From NCBI GenBank assembly GCA_019056805.1, contig DXJG01000012.1, forward strand, positions 1 to 32,000: 32,000 nucleotides of DNA. Reading direction: 5' to 3'. Under the pieces are notes generated by a model. That model had not been told where the DNA came from. It ran no database searches and saw nothing but the letters and a program-made list of their open reading frames with translations. The DNA is from Candidatus Baldrarchaeota archaeon (GTDB lineage Archaea; Asgardarchaeota; Baldrarchaeia; Baldrarchaeales; DXJG01). Positions 1 through 9,310 of the stretch are shown here, piece by piece (within the stretch, counting starts at the first letter, position 1; each line of letters starts with the position of its first letter). A program made the translations under genes and the position numbers.

Positions 1-163
1 CATCAACAATATGTAGAGTCAAAATATTTTCTAATTCCTCTTCTGTTAATTGTAATGTTTGTTGTTCCTTGGAGGTTTGCCTAGATGTTTAATGAAACCT
101 ATTCCCAAAAGTACACCCGGGATCACTACTGCCAATATAATCAATGCAAGAATCTTTTTGCAT
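1..163 (-). pseudogene. Possible frameshifted 5' end of a membrane-anchored or secreted protein, running off the window start
   Basis: ATG at 163. The hydrophobic stretch KKILALIILAVVIPGVLLGIGFIKHLGKPP is in a different frame from the ATG. EQQTLQLTEEELENILTLHIVD resumes in the ATG frame and is open to the window edge. Joining them needs one base removed from the A5 run (159-155) and one base added near position 70. Confidence 0.25.
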
Positions 164-252
164 CTTAGTCTGCGCCCCGGGAGTATTAATTTACTAGGTG
201 ACGAATTTAAAGTTATATTAGATATTACTACTTTTAATTTTTGCTTGAAAGT

Positions 253-1845
253 TTAGTGCTTTTTAAGTTTTATACTGATTAATGCTACTGCTATTGCTAC
301 GACAATGACTATTGGGGCTATTTTCATAAATATGGGTGGTTCCTGCCCTCCGTGATCAAATGTTTCCTCCGTGCCAGTTTGTTCCTCGCCTCCAGTCTCT
401 TCTCCTGAGCTTGGAGATTCTTGGCCTCCTGTTTCCCCAGAAGATCCTTCTATTTCTATTATAGTGTTGTTCTCAACGACGATGTTTTTGACGTTATCTT
501 TTTCTATTTTTATCCATTCTCTTCCAGTTTCAACGTAGATCGTGTTATCTATTATTGTTATGTTTTCGGTGTATCCTCCCACATTGGGGTCCACACCAAG
601 ATAAATAGTGCAGTTTTTCAGAATGTTTGCTCTAATTACGATGTTTTTACTTTGCATAACTGGTAATTCAAGGTTTTCAAAATAGTTGTTTTCAACTGTT
701 ACCCCGTCAGTAGAAAGCAATAAAACACCTGCCTGATCTACGCGTGAAACGCCATTTGCATCAAACATCGGAACGCCCGTATAAATGAAACTGTTTCCTT
801 CAACAACCACATTTGCAGTTTGACCTCCAGTTTCAACTTTTACACCTATGAAACAGTCCTTGAAAGTGTTATTTCTCACAACAACTGAGTTAGAATATAT
901 TTCTACAGCTTCCCATAGCCCAATGAAACTATTATTAACAATTGTAATGTTGTACGTATAGGCTGCCGCTTGAAGCTCTGTGCCCTCTAAAATTTCCGTA
1001 TTATGGAAGATATTGTCAACAATCATAATATTACCACTATTCTCATACATTGCTAAAATTTTACCAGCATTCACAATCTCATTACCCTTCACAATAACGC
1101 TTCCGGTACCCATTAGGCAAATGGCCTCTAGAAAACAGTTATAAAACTCAAGTGCCTCAACTGGAATACTAATTTTGTTATTTACGATTTTAATGTCCAC
1201 ACAACTCGTTATCTCTAATATACGTGTCTGAGTAGGTCCACTTCCAGATTCAGACTGATAAAAGAAGTTTATTTCGCTGTCTACTATTGTAATGTTTTTG
1301 GAACAAGATATTCGAAAGTTATTTGACACTGTGATATTTAAATTAGACAGGTATAGATCGTCAATACCGCTCTGCAGATCTAAGTCTCCAATATCAGCAC
1401 CCGAGAAAACACCTGCTTGAAACCCTTCAACATAAAGTTTTCCGCTACTTCCCTTAAAAAGCAATCCTGCAACTGATCCTTCTGGACCTTCGACCGTTAC
1501 ATTTTTTATGTAAACTGTTCCGCCCTCGATATATATGAAATCAACCGGGTTGGAAAGCATTATTTTGCAATTCATTAGTTTAAGTATTCCATACACTTCG
1601 AACATAGGAGAGTCTAATGAATCGTATTGAATTACAGTATTATTACGTTCAAAGGTTTCTCCAGGATTAACTGTAACCTTGTTAGTTAAAGTTTCCTTAC
1701 TATTCAATGTAGCCGTGAAATCTAGGACTTGTATTCCATGTGCTTCCTCTATCTTAATTATGTTGTTTTCCAACCCTATATTTACTGTCAAAAACGTTAA
1801 GATAAACAATATTAATAGAAGTTTTATTAAATTTGGTTTATTCAT
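253..1845 (-). CDS. Secreted, C-terminally membrane-anchored right-handed parallel beta-helix (NosD/CASH/pectate-lyase-like) protein
   Basis: 530 aa. N-terminal signal peptide (MNKPNLIKLLLILFILTFLTV), many I.I.NN.F/I beta-helix turns, acidic Gly-rich linker (GETGGQE...EETGGEE), then a TM helix and KLKKH tail. GAGGAGGT RBS upstream. Confidence 0.85.
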   Translation of the reverse strand: MNKPNLIKLLLILFILTFLTVNIGLENNIIKIEEAHGIQVLDFTATLNSKETLTNKVTVNPGETFERNNTVIQYDSLDSPMFEVYGILKLMNCKIMLSNPVDFIYIEGGTVYIKNVTVEGPEGSVAGLLFKGSSGKLYVEGFQAGVFSGADIGDLDLQSGIDDLYLSNLNITVSNNFRISCSKNITIVDSEINFFYQSESGSGPTQTRILEITSCVDIKIVNNKISIPVEALEFYNCFLEAICLMGTGSVIVKGNEIVNAGKILAMYENSGNIMIVDNIFHNTEILEGTELQAAAYTYNITIVNNSFIGLWEAVEIYSNSVVVRNNTFKDCFIGVKVETGGQTANVVVEGNSFIYTGVPMFDANGVSRVDQAGVLLLSTDGVTVENNYFENLELPVMQSKNIVIRANILKNCTIYLGVDPNVGGYTENITIIDNTIYVETGREWIKIEKDNVKNIVVENNTIIEIEGSSGETGGQESPSSGEETGGEEQTGTEETFDHGGQEPPIFMKIAPIVIVVAIAVALISIKLKKH

Positions 1846-1852
1846 GCTATTG

Positions 1853-1860
1853 ACCTCCTC
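1853..1860 (-). promoter_or_regulatory. Ribosome-binding site GAGGAGGT for the 530-aa gene
   Basis: Plus-strand acctcctc at 1853-1860, 7 nt from the ATG at 1845. Confidence 0.7.
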
Positions 1861-1928
1861 TTAACATTTAATCTTTATAAATCCATGTTAACAGATTTTT
1901 TACAATAAAAAGAATAAAGTTTTGAAAT

Positions 1929-4900
1929 TCACAGTGTTTTTCGCCTTTTGATGATGAATATTATTGCTGCAATTGCCACTATGGAGACGGAAGCACCAAC
2001 GAGGTAAAATATTAGATTTTCAGTCAAAGGCCTCGTTGGGGCTGATACTGTGTAGCTGTACAATGTACTGTTAGCCAAGTTTCCAAGGGTGTCGTTTGCA
2101 TATATCTTGTAGTAAACAGTTGTGTCCACGGGCATAGCTGGTATTGTAGCTTCATATAAGCCGCTTGTAGCGTTATAGTTCATAGAAATATTGTACCATG
2201 TTGATAGATCGGTTGAATAGCTTAAGATTGCGGAATCAACGCCACTTGGATCAGTTATATTTGCTGTAACTTTAACTGTGTCATCACTAGTTGGCTCTTG
2301 TGGACTGTGAGAAACGTCCGTTATTGTTGGGCCTCCCATGTCTAAATACTGCTCTTTGCTCAAGAAACTATTTCCATAGATGTCCTCAGCATAGACTTTG
2401 TAGCAAATTGTTGCTCCTTCTGGTTGTGGTGGAATTGTTGCATGATATAGGTGTGTTGAATCGTCGTACGTCATATTTACTATATTCCATGAGGAACCGT
2501 TTGAGTACATTAATTGAATCTTTGAAATTTGGCTCCAATCTGAGACTAAAGCATATATGTTAATTGCTTCCCCTTTAAGCCGTATTAGCGGTGTCCTTAA
2601 AACAATTGCTATGTGGGGTGGAACAGTATCATTTTTGTTCCAGTTTCCGTACATATCGGAGCAATAGACTGTAAAAGAAGCACCATCTAACCATTCGGAG
2701 GGAAGTGGGCTAAACCAGTGTTCCCAAGTGATAGAATTGTTTATCCATGCATCCCAACCAATTGGAGGGCCGTAATCAACTTCATCTGGTCCTATACATC
2801 CTTCTGAATAACCATTCCAACCGTATTCTCCGTTTTCAATACTTATTTTTGGGCCTAGTATGCTGACTATAGCTAAGAGCCCTAAATTTTCTTTCCAGTT
2901 AGTGGACGCCAAATAGTTTTCATCCCAAGCAAAAAATTCAACGCATACTTGTGCTGTGCCAGATGTTTCATTTCTTATTATTGTTATATTAGTTATCTGA
3001 ACAAGAGGGCCGCTGATATCCTGGATTAAAGATATTTCAGCAGGTTCTTCTAACGGGTAAAGATCATAAATAAGATTGCCAGAGGAGTTTACCACAAGGT
3101 AGCTACCGCTACCATCGTAGTCGCTCCAATAGTTACCTGTTTGATTGCCTTTAAACTTTGATGCATATGAGATTAGGTAAAATCTAGGTGGGTTTTTGCC
3201 GCATTTTACATGAACGGTATTGTTTATGAAGTTATTTTGATAAATGTATGCTTTAGTATTGTCTATGTACATGCCGACATCATTGTATTCTATGGTGTTA
3301 TTTGCAATTCTGAAGTATTCGTTCCAGTCTGCATGTGTGTCTATGTGTAAACCATATGTGTTGTTGTAAATTTTGTTCCCCAGAACTACTCCTGGAAACT
3401 CCATTCTCTCCGCTATAGGTTCTAGGTGTAGCCATCTCAAAATGCCCATGTATATGATGTGATATAGCTTTATTCCAATGTACGTATTATTGTACACCTC
3501 GTTGCTGAGCAAAGTTACTAGTGGACAATCTTCTATGTAAACTCCTATTCGACTTGAATGTATGATGCTGTTATGTATCTTTATCATGCTTCGATAAGCA
3601 AATATGTTAGCAACTGCCGCACCGCTACATGTAACTCCAGTAATTGTTACAAAACTGGTATCTATAACTATTATGTTAAAGAATTTGTTATTAGATATGT
3701 AACTGTTGCAGATATCGATTTTTGTTGCGCCTCGATCCGGCACTTTGCCTTTGCCGAAATATATTTTGGGTAATGTTTTTATAAGTTCGCCGAAATCGTA
3801 GAAATCTAGTGCTGTAGATCCTTCTACACATACACCTATACTGTTATTCTCAACAGTATTGTTGTAGAAAACTATGTACGACGAGTTTGCAAGAGCAACA
3901 CCTATACTATTACTGCTAAAAATGTTATTTGCTATAACTGCGTAAGGTGCTTCAATCAATAGAATCCCATAATCGTAGTTATCGTGAATCTTACTGTTTA
4001 ATATTACAGCGTCCTGTGCTTCTATACATATTCCACCTCTATCTAATGGTCCAAATAAACCGGCACCGGAAATTTCAGAATTATCTATGTAGATGTGCGA
4101 TCCTCGTCTCGCCACAATGTAATAGCTCCCAGTTTCCTTTGATATTTTAGAGTTTATTATAGTTAATGAACCACCTGGTAAAACTTCTATTTTAATTGGT
4201 TTTACTTCGCCGCGAATTACGATTTGTGAATTTATGATTTCCAGGCTTGAATTTACAATTATGCTTCTATTTAAGATCATAGTTTCATCGCGGAAAATCG
4301 TAGGTTCGTTTATTATTAAGGGTTCGTAATATTCAAAGTGTGGTCTGACCTCAATAACTGTTAAAATTGAAACCTTGGGAATTGTGATCGATACGGTATC
4401 TCCGTTTACGGTGTATGGGACTTCTACTCCCTCCGGATAATCCTCACTATACACCCACACGGACAGTTGCTTATCTTTAAGTTGCGGAGGTAGTTTGAGG
4501 CTAAAGCTGACATTGTAGGCTCTGATGACTTTATCTGCTTCGAAGTCATAGTTAAAGTTTATAATTTGGAAAATCAGACAGTTTTCATCGTAGTTGAAGA
4601 ATCTGTAAATGTGAGCTCTCGTTGATAGGTCGGTTTGAACTTCTCGAGGCACATAAGTGTCTATAATGTTTTTGAAGGTTTCCAAAATGGAGTTAGCAGT
4701 ATCATCGTAGAGTGTTCTTAAAAGCAAGTAGTCACTTGGTGAAACATTTTTGATTGATACAATTAAACCATTACCGTACTCGTGAACATCGCCATCAAAT
4801 AGAGCTGCAAAGTCTCTACTTACTGGTTCTCCATACTCGTTATGCGTAGCGATTTCCCCTATTCCAATGATTATTCCACCGTTTTCAAGATAGTTTTTAA

Positions 4901-6509
4901 GCAGTTCTACTTGGTCATCTGTAAGACACACTGCATTAGATAGGACAATTGCCTTGTATTTTAGTAACCTAGATAGGGGAGGAGTCATATTTACCCAAAT
5001 GTTGTCTCCAAGCACAACAATGTCGAAAGTTCTATGGGAATCGGCCAGTAAGTAGTATGCGCCCTCGTAAGCATCGAAACTGTCCCCGAAAACCGAGGTA
5101 AGGTTTAGTTTCTTTATGTTGATGGCGGTCGCAACAGGATAGATTAATGCGATTTCACCGAATTGGCTTTGCCCAAATAAATGTGGATTTTCTTGAACCA
5201 GTCTGATAAACTGTGCAAAGTGGGTTTGATTGGTGCCTCCACTTAATGGAATACGGCCACTACAAACAATTATTTCTGCGAGACCTAAGTATTGTTCTTC
5301 TGGATCTGCACTTTTATTCCACCCGTTAATGAACCATTCAGTAAATCCTGTGGATTCCAATGAGCTCCATGGATAAATCCACGGATTAAAAGTTTTGTTT
5401 AAACTTTGAACTATTCTAAAATCTTTACTTGCAGTTCGATTAGGATAGTTAACCCAGCAATATTCCCAGTTCATTCCATCAACGTATTGGAGAACGAAAA
5501 TATCGTTTTCCTCTGTGCCAAGTCCTGGATTGAAATGTTGATGTCCAAATCTCGTGGAAATGTAGAAGTCTCTTCCAGTTTCTTCTTCCCATTCTTTAAC
5601 ACTTTCCCATAGCAATTTGTAAAGTTCTAGAACCATTTTCAATCTGAATTCTTCAAACTCTTTCCAGAGTGCTTTAACATATTCATTGTCCTGTGGACCC
5701 TCAATTCCAGGATGCGCAATTACTGATTCTTCAAAAATCATTGTATGGTTTTGATAGCCTAGATCTATGAGATACTGTGTAAAGTTAAACGAGCTTATGT
5801 CTGTTATGTTGAACTTTTCTTGTAATTCGGTGGCATTATATTTTGAGGCGAGATATTCATTGAATTTTTGCATTGTTTCTGGATCGAAGCTCCCTATGTT
5901 TTTGAATCCATCTCCACCGTCAAATTCTACGCCATCGATGCCAGCGTCGAAAAGAAACTTCATATAGTTTATGAAGAAGTTGCGCCATGCTTCTCGTCCT
6001 TCGTAGCCAATGCGTCCGGGTAAACTTACGAAGTACGTTCCGTTAAGATCCATGGGAGCTATGTCTTCCTTAGATAAATTGTAGTATTCCATGAAGTTTT
6101 CGTATTCGCTTAAGCTGCTAAAAGGCTTATATATTACGATTTTTATGCCCTTTGCATGTAGTTCTGCAATCCTTGTTTCAACTTGATCGAGTTCATATGG
6201 GAAGTCAAGATGGTATACATCACCTACACAAGTGACTCTAAATGGATAAGAAGCGAAATATCCGGCTCCGATGAATTCAATTGGGTAAAATCTTGAGCTG
6301 TAAAGATAATTTCGCTCGACGCTTACGTCGAGGATCAACGAATTCTTTGTTAAAAAATGCTGGTAATGCCACGGTGAAACGTCGTTTAAAAAAATTTTTT
6401 GAATGTAAGGAGTATTGACGTAGAGAGAGTATGAAATTGCTGGTAGAGAAAGTGTTATGATAAACAATAGGGTAAATAATTTAAGGATAGTAACGATGCC
6501 TTTTTTCAT
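1929..6509 (-). CDS. Large secreted membrane-anchored protein: glycoside-hydrolase-like TIM barrel + GH42-trimerisation/GATase1-like domain + beta-sandwich + parallel beta-helix + two Ig-like domains + TM anchor
   Basis: 1526 aa with a signal peptide. LHAKGIKIVIY and AGIDGVEFDGG barrel strands. FNEYLASKY insertion resembling GH42. EIALIYP...YKAIVLSNAVCLTDDQVELLKNYLENGGIIIGIG trimerisation-like motif. NosD-like NN.I..N..GI repeats. TM helix plus KRRKTL tail. Many N-x-S/T sequons. GAGGGT RBS upstream. Confidence 0.85.
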   Translation of the reverse strand: MKKGIVTILKLFTLLFIITLSLPAISYSLYVNTPYIQKIFLNDVSPWHYQHFLTKNSLILDVSVERNYLYSSRFYPIEFIGAGYFASYPFRVTCVGDVYHLDFPYELDQVETRIAELHAKGIKIVIYKPFSSLSEYENFMEYYNLSKEDIAPMDLNGTYFVSLPGRIGYEGREAWRNFFINYMKFLFDAGIDGVEFDGGDGFKNIGSFDPETMQKFNEYLASKYNATELQEKFNITDISSFNFTQYLIDLGYQNHTMIFEESVIAHPGIEGPQDNEYVKALWKEFEEFRLKMVLELYKLLWESVKEWEEETGRDFYISTRFGHQHFNPGLGTEENDIFVLQYVDGMNWEYCWVNYPNRTASKDFRIVQSLNKTFNPWIYPWSSLESTGFTEWFINGWNKSADPEEQYLGLAEIIVCSGRIPLSGGTNQTHFAQFIRLVQENPHLFGQSQFGEIALIYPVATAINIKKLNLTSVFGDSFDAYEGAYYLLADSHRTFDIVVLGDNIWVNMTPPLSRLLKYKAIVLSNAVCLTDDQVELLKNYLENGGIIIGIGEIATHNEYGEPVSRDFAALFDGDVHEYGNGLIVSIKNVSPSDYLLLRTLYDDTANSILETFKNIIDTYVPREVQTDLSTRAHIYRFFNYDENCLIFQIINFNYDFEADKVIRAYNVSFSLKLPPQLKDKQLSVWVYSEDYPEGVEVPYTVNGDTVSITIPKVSILTVIEVRPHFEYYEPLIINEPTIFRDETMILNRSIIVNSSLEIINSQIVIRGEVKPIKIEVLPGGSLTIINSKISKETGSYYIVARRGSHIYIDNSEISGAGLFGPLDRGGICIEAQDAVILNSKIHDNYDYGILLIEAPYAVIANNIFSSNSIGVALANSSYIVFYNNTVENNSIGVCVEGSTALDFYDFGELIKTLPKIYFGKGKVPDRGATKIDICNSYISNNKFFNIIVIDTSFVTITGVTCSGAAVANIFAYRSMIKIHNSIIHSSRIGVYIEDCPLVTLLSNEVYNNTYIGIKLYHIIYMGILRWLHLEPIAERMEFPGVVLGNKIYNNTYGLHIDTHADWNEYFRIANNTIEYNDVGMYIDNTKAYIYQNNFINNTVHVKCGKNPPRFYLISYASKFKGNQTGNYWSDYDGSGSYLVVNSSGNLIYDLYPLEEPAEISLIQDISGPLVQITNITIIRNETSGTAQVCVEFFAWDENYLASTNWKENLGLLAIVSILGPKISIENGEYGWNGYSEGCIGPDEVDYGPPIGWDAWINNSITWEHWFSPLPSEWLDGASFTVYCSDMYGNWNKNDTVPPHIAIVLRTPLIRLKGEAINIYALVSDWSQISKIQLMYSNGSSWNIVNMTYDDSTHLYHATIPPQPEGATICYKVYAEDIYGNSFLSKEQYLDMGGPTITDVSHSPQEPTSDDTVKVTANITDPSGVDSAILSYSTDLSTWYNISMNYNATSGLYEATIPAMPVDTTVYYKIYANDTLGNLANSTLYSYTVSAPTRPLTENLIFYLVGASVSIVAIAAIIFIIKRRKTL

Positions 6510-7002
6510 CGTTTTCTACCCTCTTAAACTAGTCATAAAATTAAAACAACTTGCAACATTTGTTGTAATAGTTATGATATCATTATTTATTTAGGTTTTA
6601 TATCTTTTGCTGTTACACGCGTTTTATAAAAGTACAAGTCTTGACGACATTAATAAATTGTTCCATTCCCCCTAAGCTAAGTGAAATTAAAATTAGAATA
6701 AAAAGCGCTTTATTTTTAACTTTGCAGGTTTTTAATTTCTGTGTATTTGAATACTGCCAAGGGTTTACGAATATGCAGAAGACTGTGACATCTACTACTG
6801 TAGCGATATTGTAACAATAACAGTAACAGTATTTTAATCTTTATTTCTAAAACAAAACAACTTACACGACATAAAATTACTTAGAATATCTTTAGTAGTC
6901 TAGTTCTATTCTAAAACTTCAGACTTTTGTTTGATGTTTGATTTTATTTGAAATGTAAAGTTTTTATTCACATCTCTTTTATTGTTGTGTGAGGGATGTA
7001 AA

Positions 7003-8298
7003 ATGAGTTCAGAATTGTATGTTGACGATTATACGAATGGAATTATTGGACCTCATGTGAAGATGCTTGGACCCATTGCTGACGGTGGAAGAATAACGTT
7101 TTTAACTGCCCCTGGTTGTTGGGGTCCGATGATTACGCCAACATTGAGAGGGGGACATGAGGTTTGTACTCCAGTTATTGTTGAAAATGCTGATATTGGT
7201 GATGCTGTCGCAATTCACATTGAGAAAATTGAAGTTAAATCTAAGGCAGCGTCATCTGGTATAGACGAGTCTGTGGAAGGGGCATTTATTGGTGATCCTT
7301 ATGTTGCTAAGAGATGTCCAGAGTGTAGAGAACCTTGGCCTGAATTTAAGGTTGAGGGCATTGGACAAGAAGCTATAAAGTGTAAAATTTGTGGTGTTTC
7401 TGCATCACCGTTTAAAATGGTTCACGGCTACACCATGGTTTTTGATGAAAATAAAAAATACGGATTGACAGTTGATGAAAAATTGGCTAGAGAAATAGCT
7501 AAGAAGGCGCATGAATATTCAGCTTTACCTGAAAAATTAATGCAAGTTCCGATTTTGGTTTTCGGTAAGGCCGATATTGTTGGGTTAGCTTCGAGGGTTA
7601 GGCCATTTATGGGACAGCTTGGAACAGTTCCAGCGGTGGATATTCCTGATTCGCATAATGCTGGAGACTTTGGATACTTTTTGATCAATGCTCCGCATCC
7701 ATATAGAATTACGCAGGAACAATATGAACGGGATTTGACTGATGGACATTTGGATGTAAATTCGGTTAGAGCTGGAACAATTGTGATTGCTCCTGTTAAG
7801 GTTAAGGGTGCTGGGGTTTATGCTGGTGATGCTCATGCTATGCAAGGTGATGGTGAAGTTGCAGGGCACACCACCGATATTACTGCTGAAGTTGGAGTTA
7901 AGGTTGAGGTGATTAAAGGTTTAAGTCTTGAAGGACCTATTTTGCTGCCATTGGAGGAGGATTTGCCACCTTTGGCTAAGCCGTGGCGTAAAGATGAATG
8001 GGATCAAATAGCTAATTTAGCTAAAAAATATGGTATTGAACCTGAACCAGTGGCGCCTGTGCAAATTATTGGTTCTGGTCCAACAATCAATGATGCGGCA
8101 GCTAACGGATTTCAAAGAGCAGCAAAACTATTTAACATGAGTGTTGAGGAAGTTCGTAACAGAGTTACGGTTACTGGGGCTGTTGAGATTGGAAGATTGC
8201 CGGGAATAGTTCAAGTAAGTATGCAGGTTCCAATTAGCGTACTTGAGGAACTTGGTATAGCAGACATCGTGGTAAAGCACTATAAGTTGCCATATTAA
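7003..8298 (+). CDS. Acetamidase/formamidase (FmdA/AmdA) family protein with a CxxC..CxxC insertion
   Basis: GDAHAMQGDGEV motif, GHEVCTPVIVENADIGDAVAIHI and RPFMGQLG segments typical of the family. Start moved from TTG 6982 to ATG 7003 because of the GAGGGA RBS (431 aa). Confidence 0.85.
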   Translation: MSSELYVDDYTNGIIGPHVKMLGPIADGGRITFLTAPGCWGPMITPTLRGGHEVCTPVIVENADIGDAVAIHIEKIEVKSKAASSGIDESVEGAFIGDPYVAKRCPECREPWPEFKVEGIGQEAIKCKICGVSASPFKMVHGYTMVFDENKKYGLTVDEKLAREIAKKAHEYSALPEKLMQVPILVFGKADIVGLASRVRPFMGQLGTVPAVDIPDSHNAGDFGYFLINAPHPYRITQEQYERDLTDGHLDVNSVRAGTIVIAPVKVKGAGVYAGDAHAMQGDGEVAGHTTDITAEVGVKVEVIKGLSLEGPILLPLEEDLPPLAKPWRKDEWDQIANLAKKYGIEPEPVAPVQIIGSGPTINDAAANGFQRAAKLFNMSVEEVRNRVTVTGAVEIGRLPGIVQVSMQVPISVLEELGIADIVVKHYKLPY

Positions 8299-8362
8299 TA
8301 CTATAACCTTTTATTTTATTAGTCAGGCTAATATCGGAAGATTTGTTGATCGTAGTTAGTGT

Positions 8363-9106
8363 TTAGTCCATGTAGTATCCACCATTTATGTCTATGACTT
8401 CTCCTGTTATGTAGTCGCATTTTATTAGGAATACTACTGTTTCTGCAACTTCTTCTGGCTTTCCAAATCTTCCCATAGGTACCCTACTCAGTATTTTCTT
8501 TTTCCTTTCCTCTGGGAGATTTTTTATCATTTCTGTTTCTATTGGCCCTGGAGCTATCGCGTTAACTGTTATATTGTATTTTAGTAGTTCTTGGGCGAGA
8601 GAAAATGTCATTCCTATTATTCCCGCTTTAGATGCTGCATAATGTGGGCCTACTGTGCCACCCATTTTTCCTGCAACCGAAGATATGTTAATTATTTTTC
8701 CTTCCTCATTTTTTATCATGATTGGAACCGCTGCTTTTGTACAGTTAAAAGCTCCAGTAAGATTTACGGTCAGGATTTTCTCCCATTCTTCCACAGGAAT
8801 ATCGAGTATGGAGAAGTGTTGTGGAATTATACCTGCATTATTTATGAGAATGTGTATAGTGCCAAAGTCATTAACTATTTTTTGAATCATCTCTTTAACT
8901 TCCGGATAATTAGAAACGTCTGCTTGATATGTTTTGGCTTTTACTCTGTGTTTCTCAGCTTCTTTGGCGACATTTTCGGCTTGTTCCTTGTTTTTTAGAT
9001 AATTGATTGCAATGTTCGCTCCTTCTTTCGCTAGCCGTAATGCTATTGCTTTTCCTATCCCTCTACTAGAACCGGTGATAAGGGCAACTTTATTTTTTAT
9101 TTCCAT
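8363..9106 (-). CDS. fabG: Classical short-chain dehydrogenase/reductase, FabG-like (3-oxoacyl reductase)
   Basis: TGSSRGIG Rossmann motif, NNAG, catalytic S...YAASK, VNAIAPGPIET, RFGKPEEVA. AGGTGA RBS at 9120-9115 favours ATG 9106 (247 aa) over GTG 9118. The substrate is not established. Confidence 0.85.
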   Translation of the reverse strand: MEIKNKVALITGSSRGIGKAIALRLAKEGANIAINYLKNKEQAENVAKEAEKHRVKAKTYQADVSNYPEVKEMIQKIVNDFGTIHILINNAGIIPQHFSILDIPVEEWEKILTVNLTGAFNCTKAAVPIMIKNEEGKIINISSVAGKMGGTVGPHYAASKAGIIGMTFSLAQELLKYNITVNAIAPGPIETEMIKNLPEERKKKILSRVPMGRFGKPEEVAETVVFLIKCDYITGEVIDINGGYYMD

Positions 9107-9310
9107 TTTATCTTTCACCTTTTAGGATGTGAAATTGTTCATGGACTGCTGTCTTTGTTTTTATTTTGATAAAAATATAATAGTCAAATAAAATAAATTT
9201 TTGATAAGTTTTTGTCTCTTTATTTTTACAAGTTATCATTTACAATTGCTATTTTAGTATTAATTAAAATGGAAAAAAGGTTGGAATAGAACTATTTTGT
9301 TTGGGTTTAT

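Noticed and set aside
46-255. Frame of the 530-aa gene stays open for 68 codons after its TAA and contains a hydrophobic stretch, suggesting stop readthrough
   Set aside because: The protein already ends in a normal TM plus basic tail, and TAA readthrough has no support. A broken downstream gene explains the hydrophobic stretch better.
6510-7002. Short palindromes (atgatatcat, aaagcgcttt) in the divergent intergenic region
   Set aside because: 10-bp AT-rich palindromes are expected by chance, and no second copy or adjacent regulator supports them.
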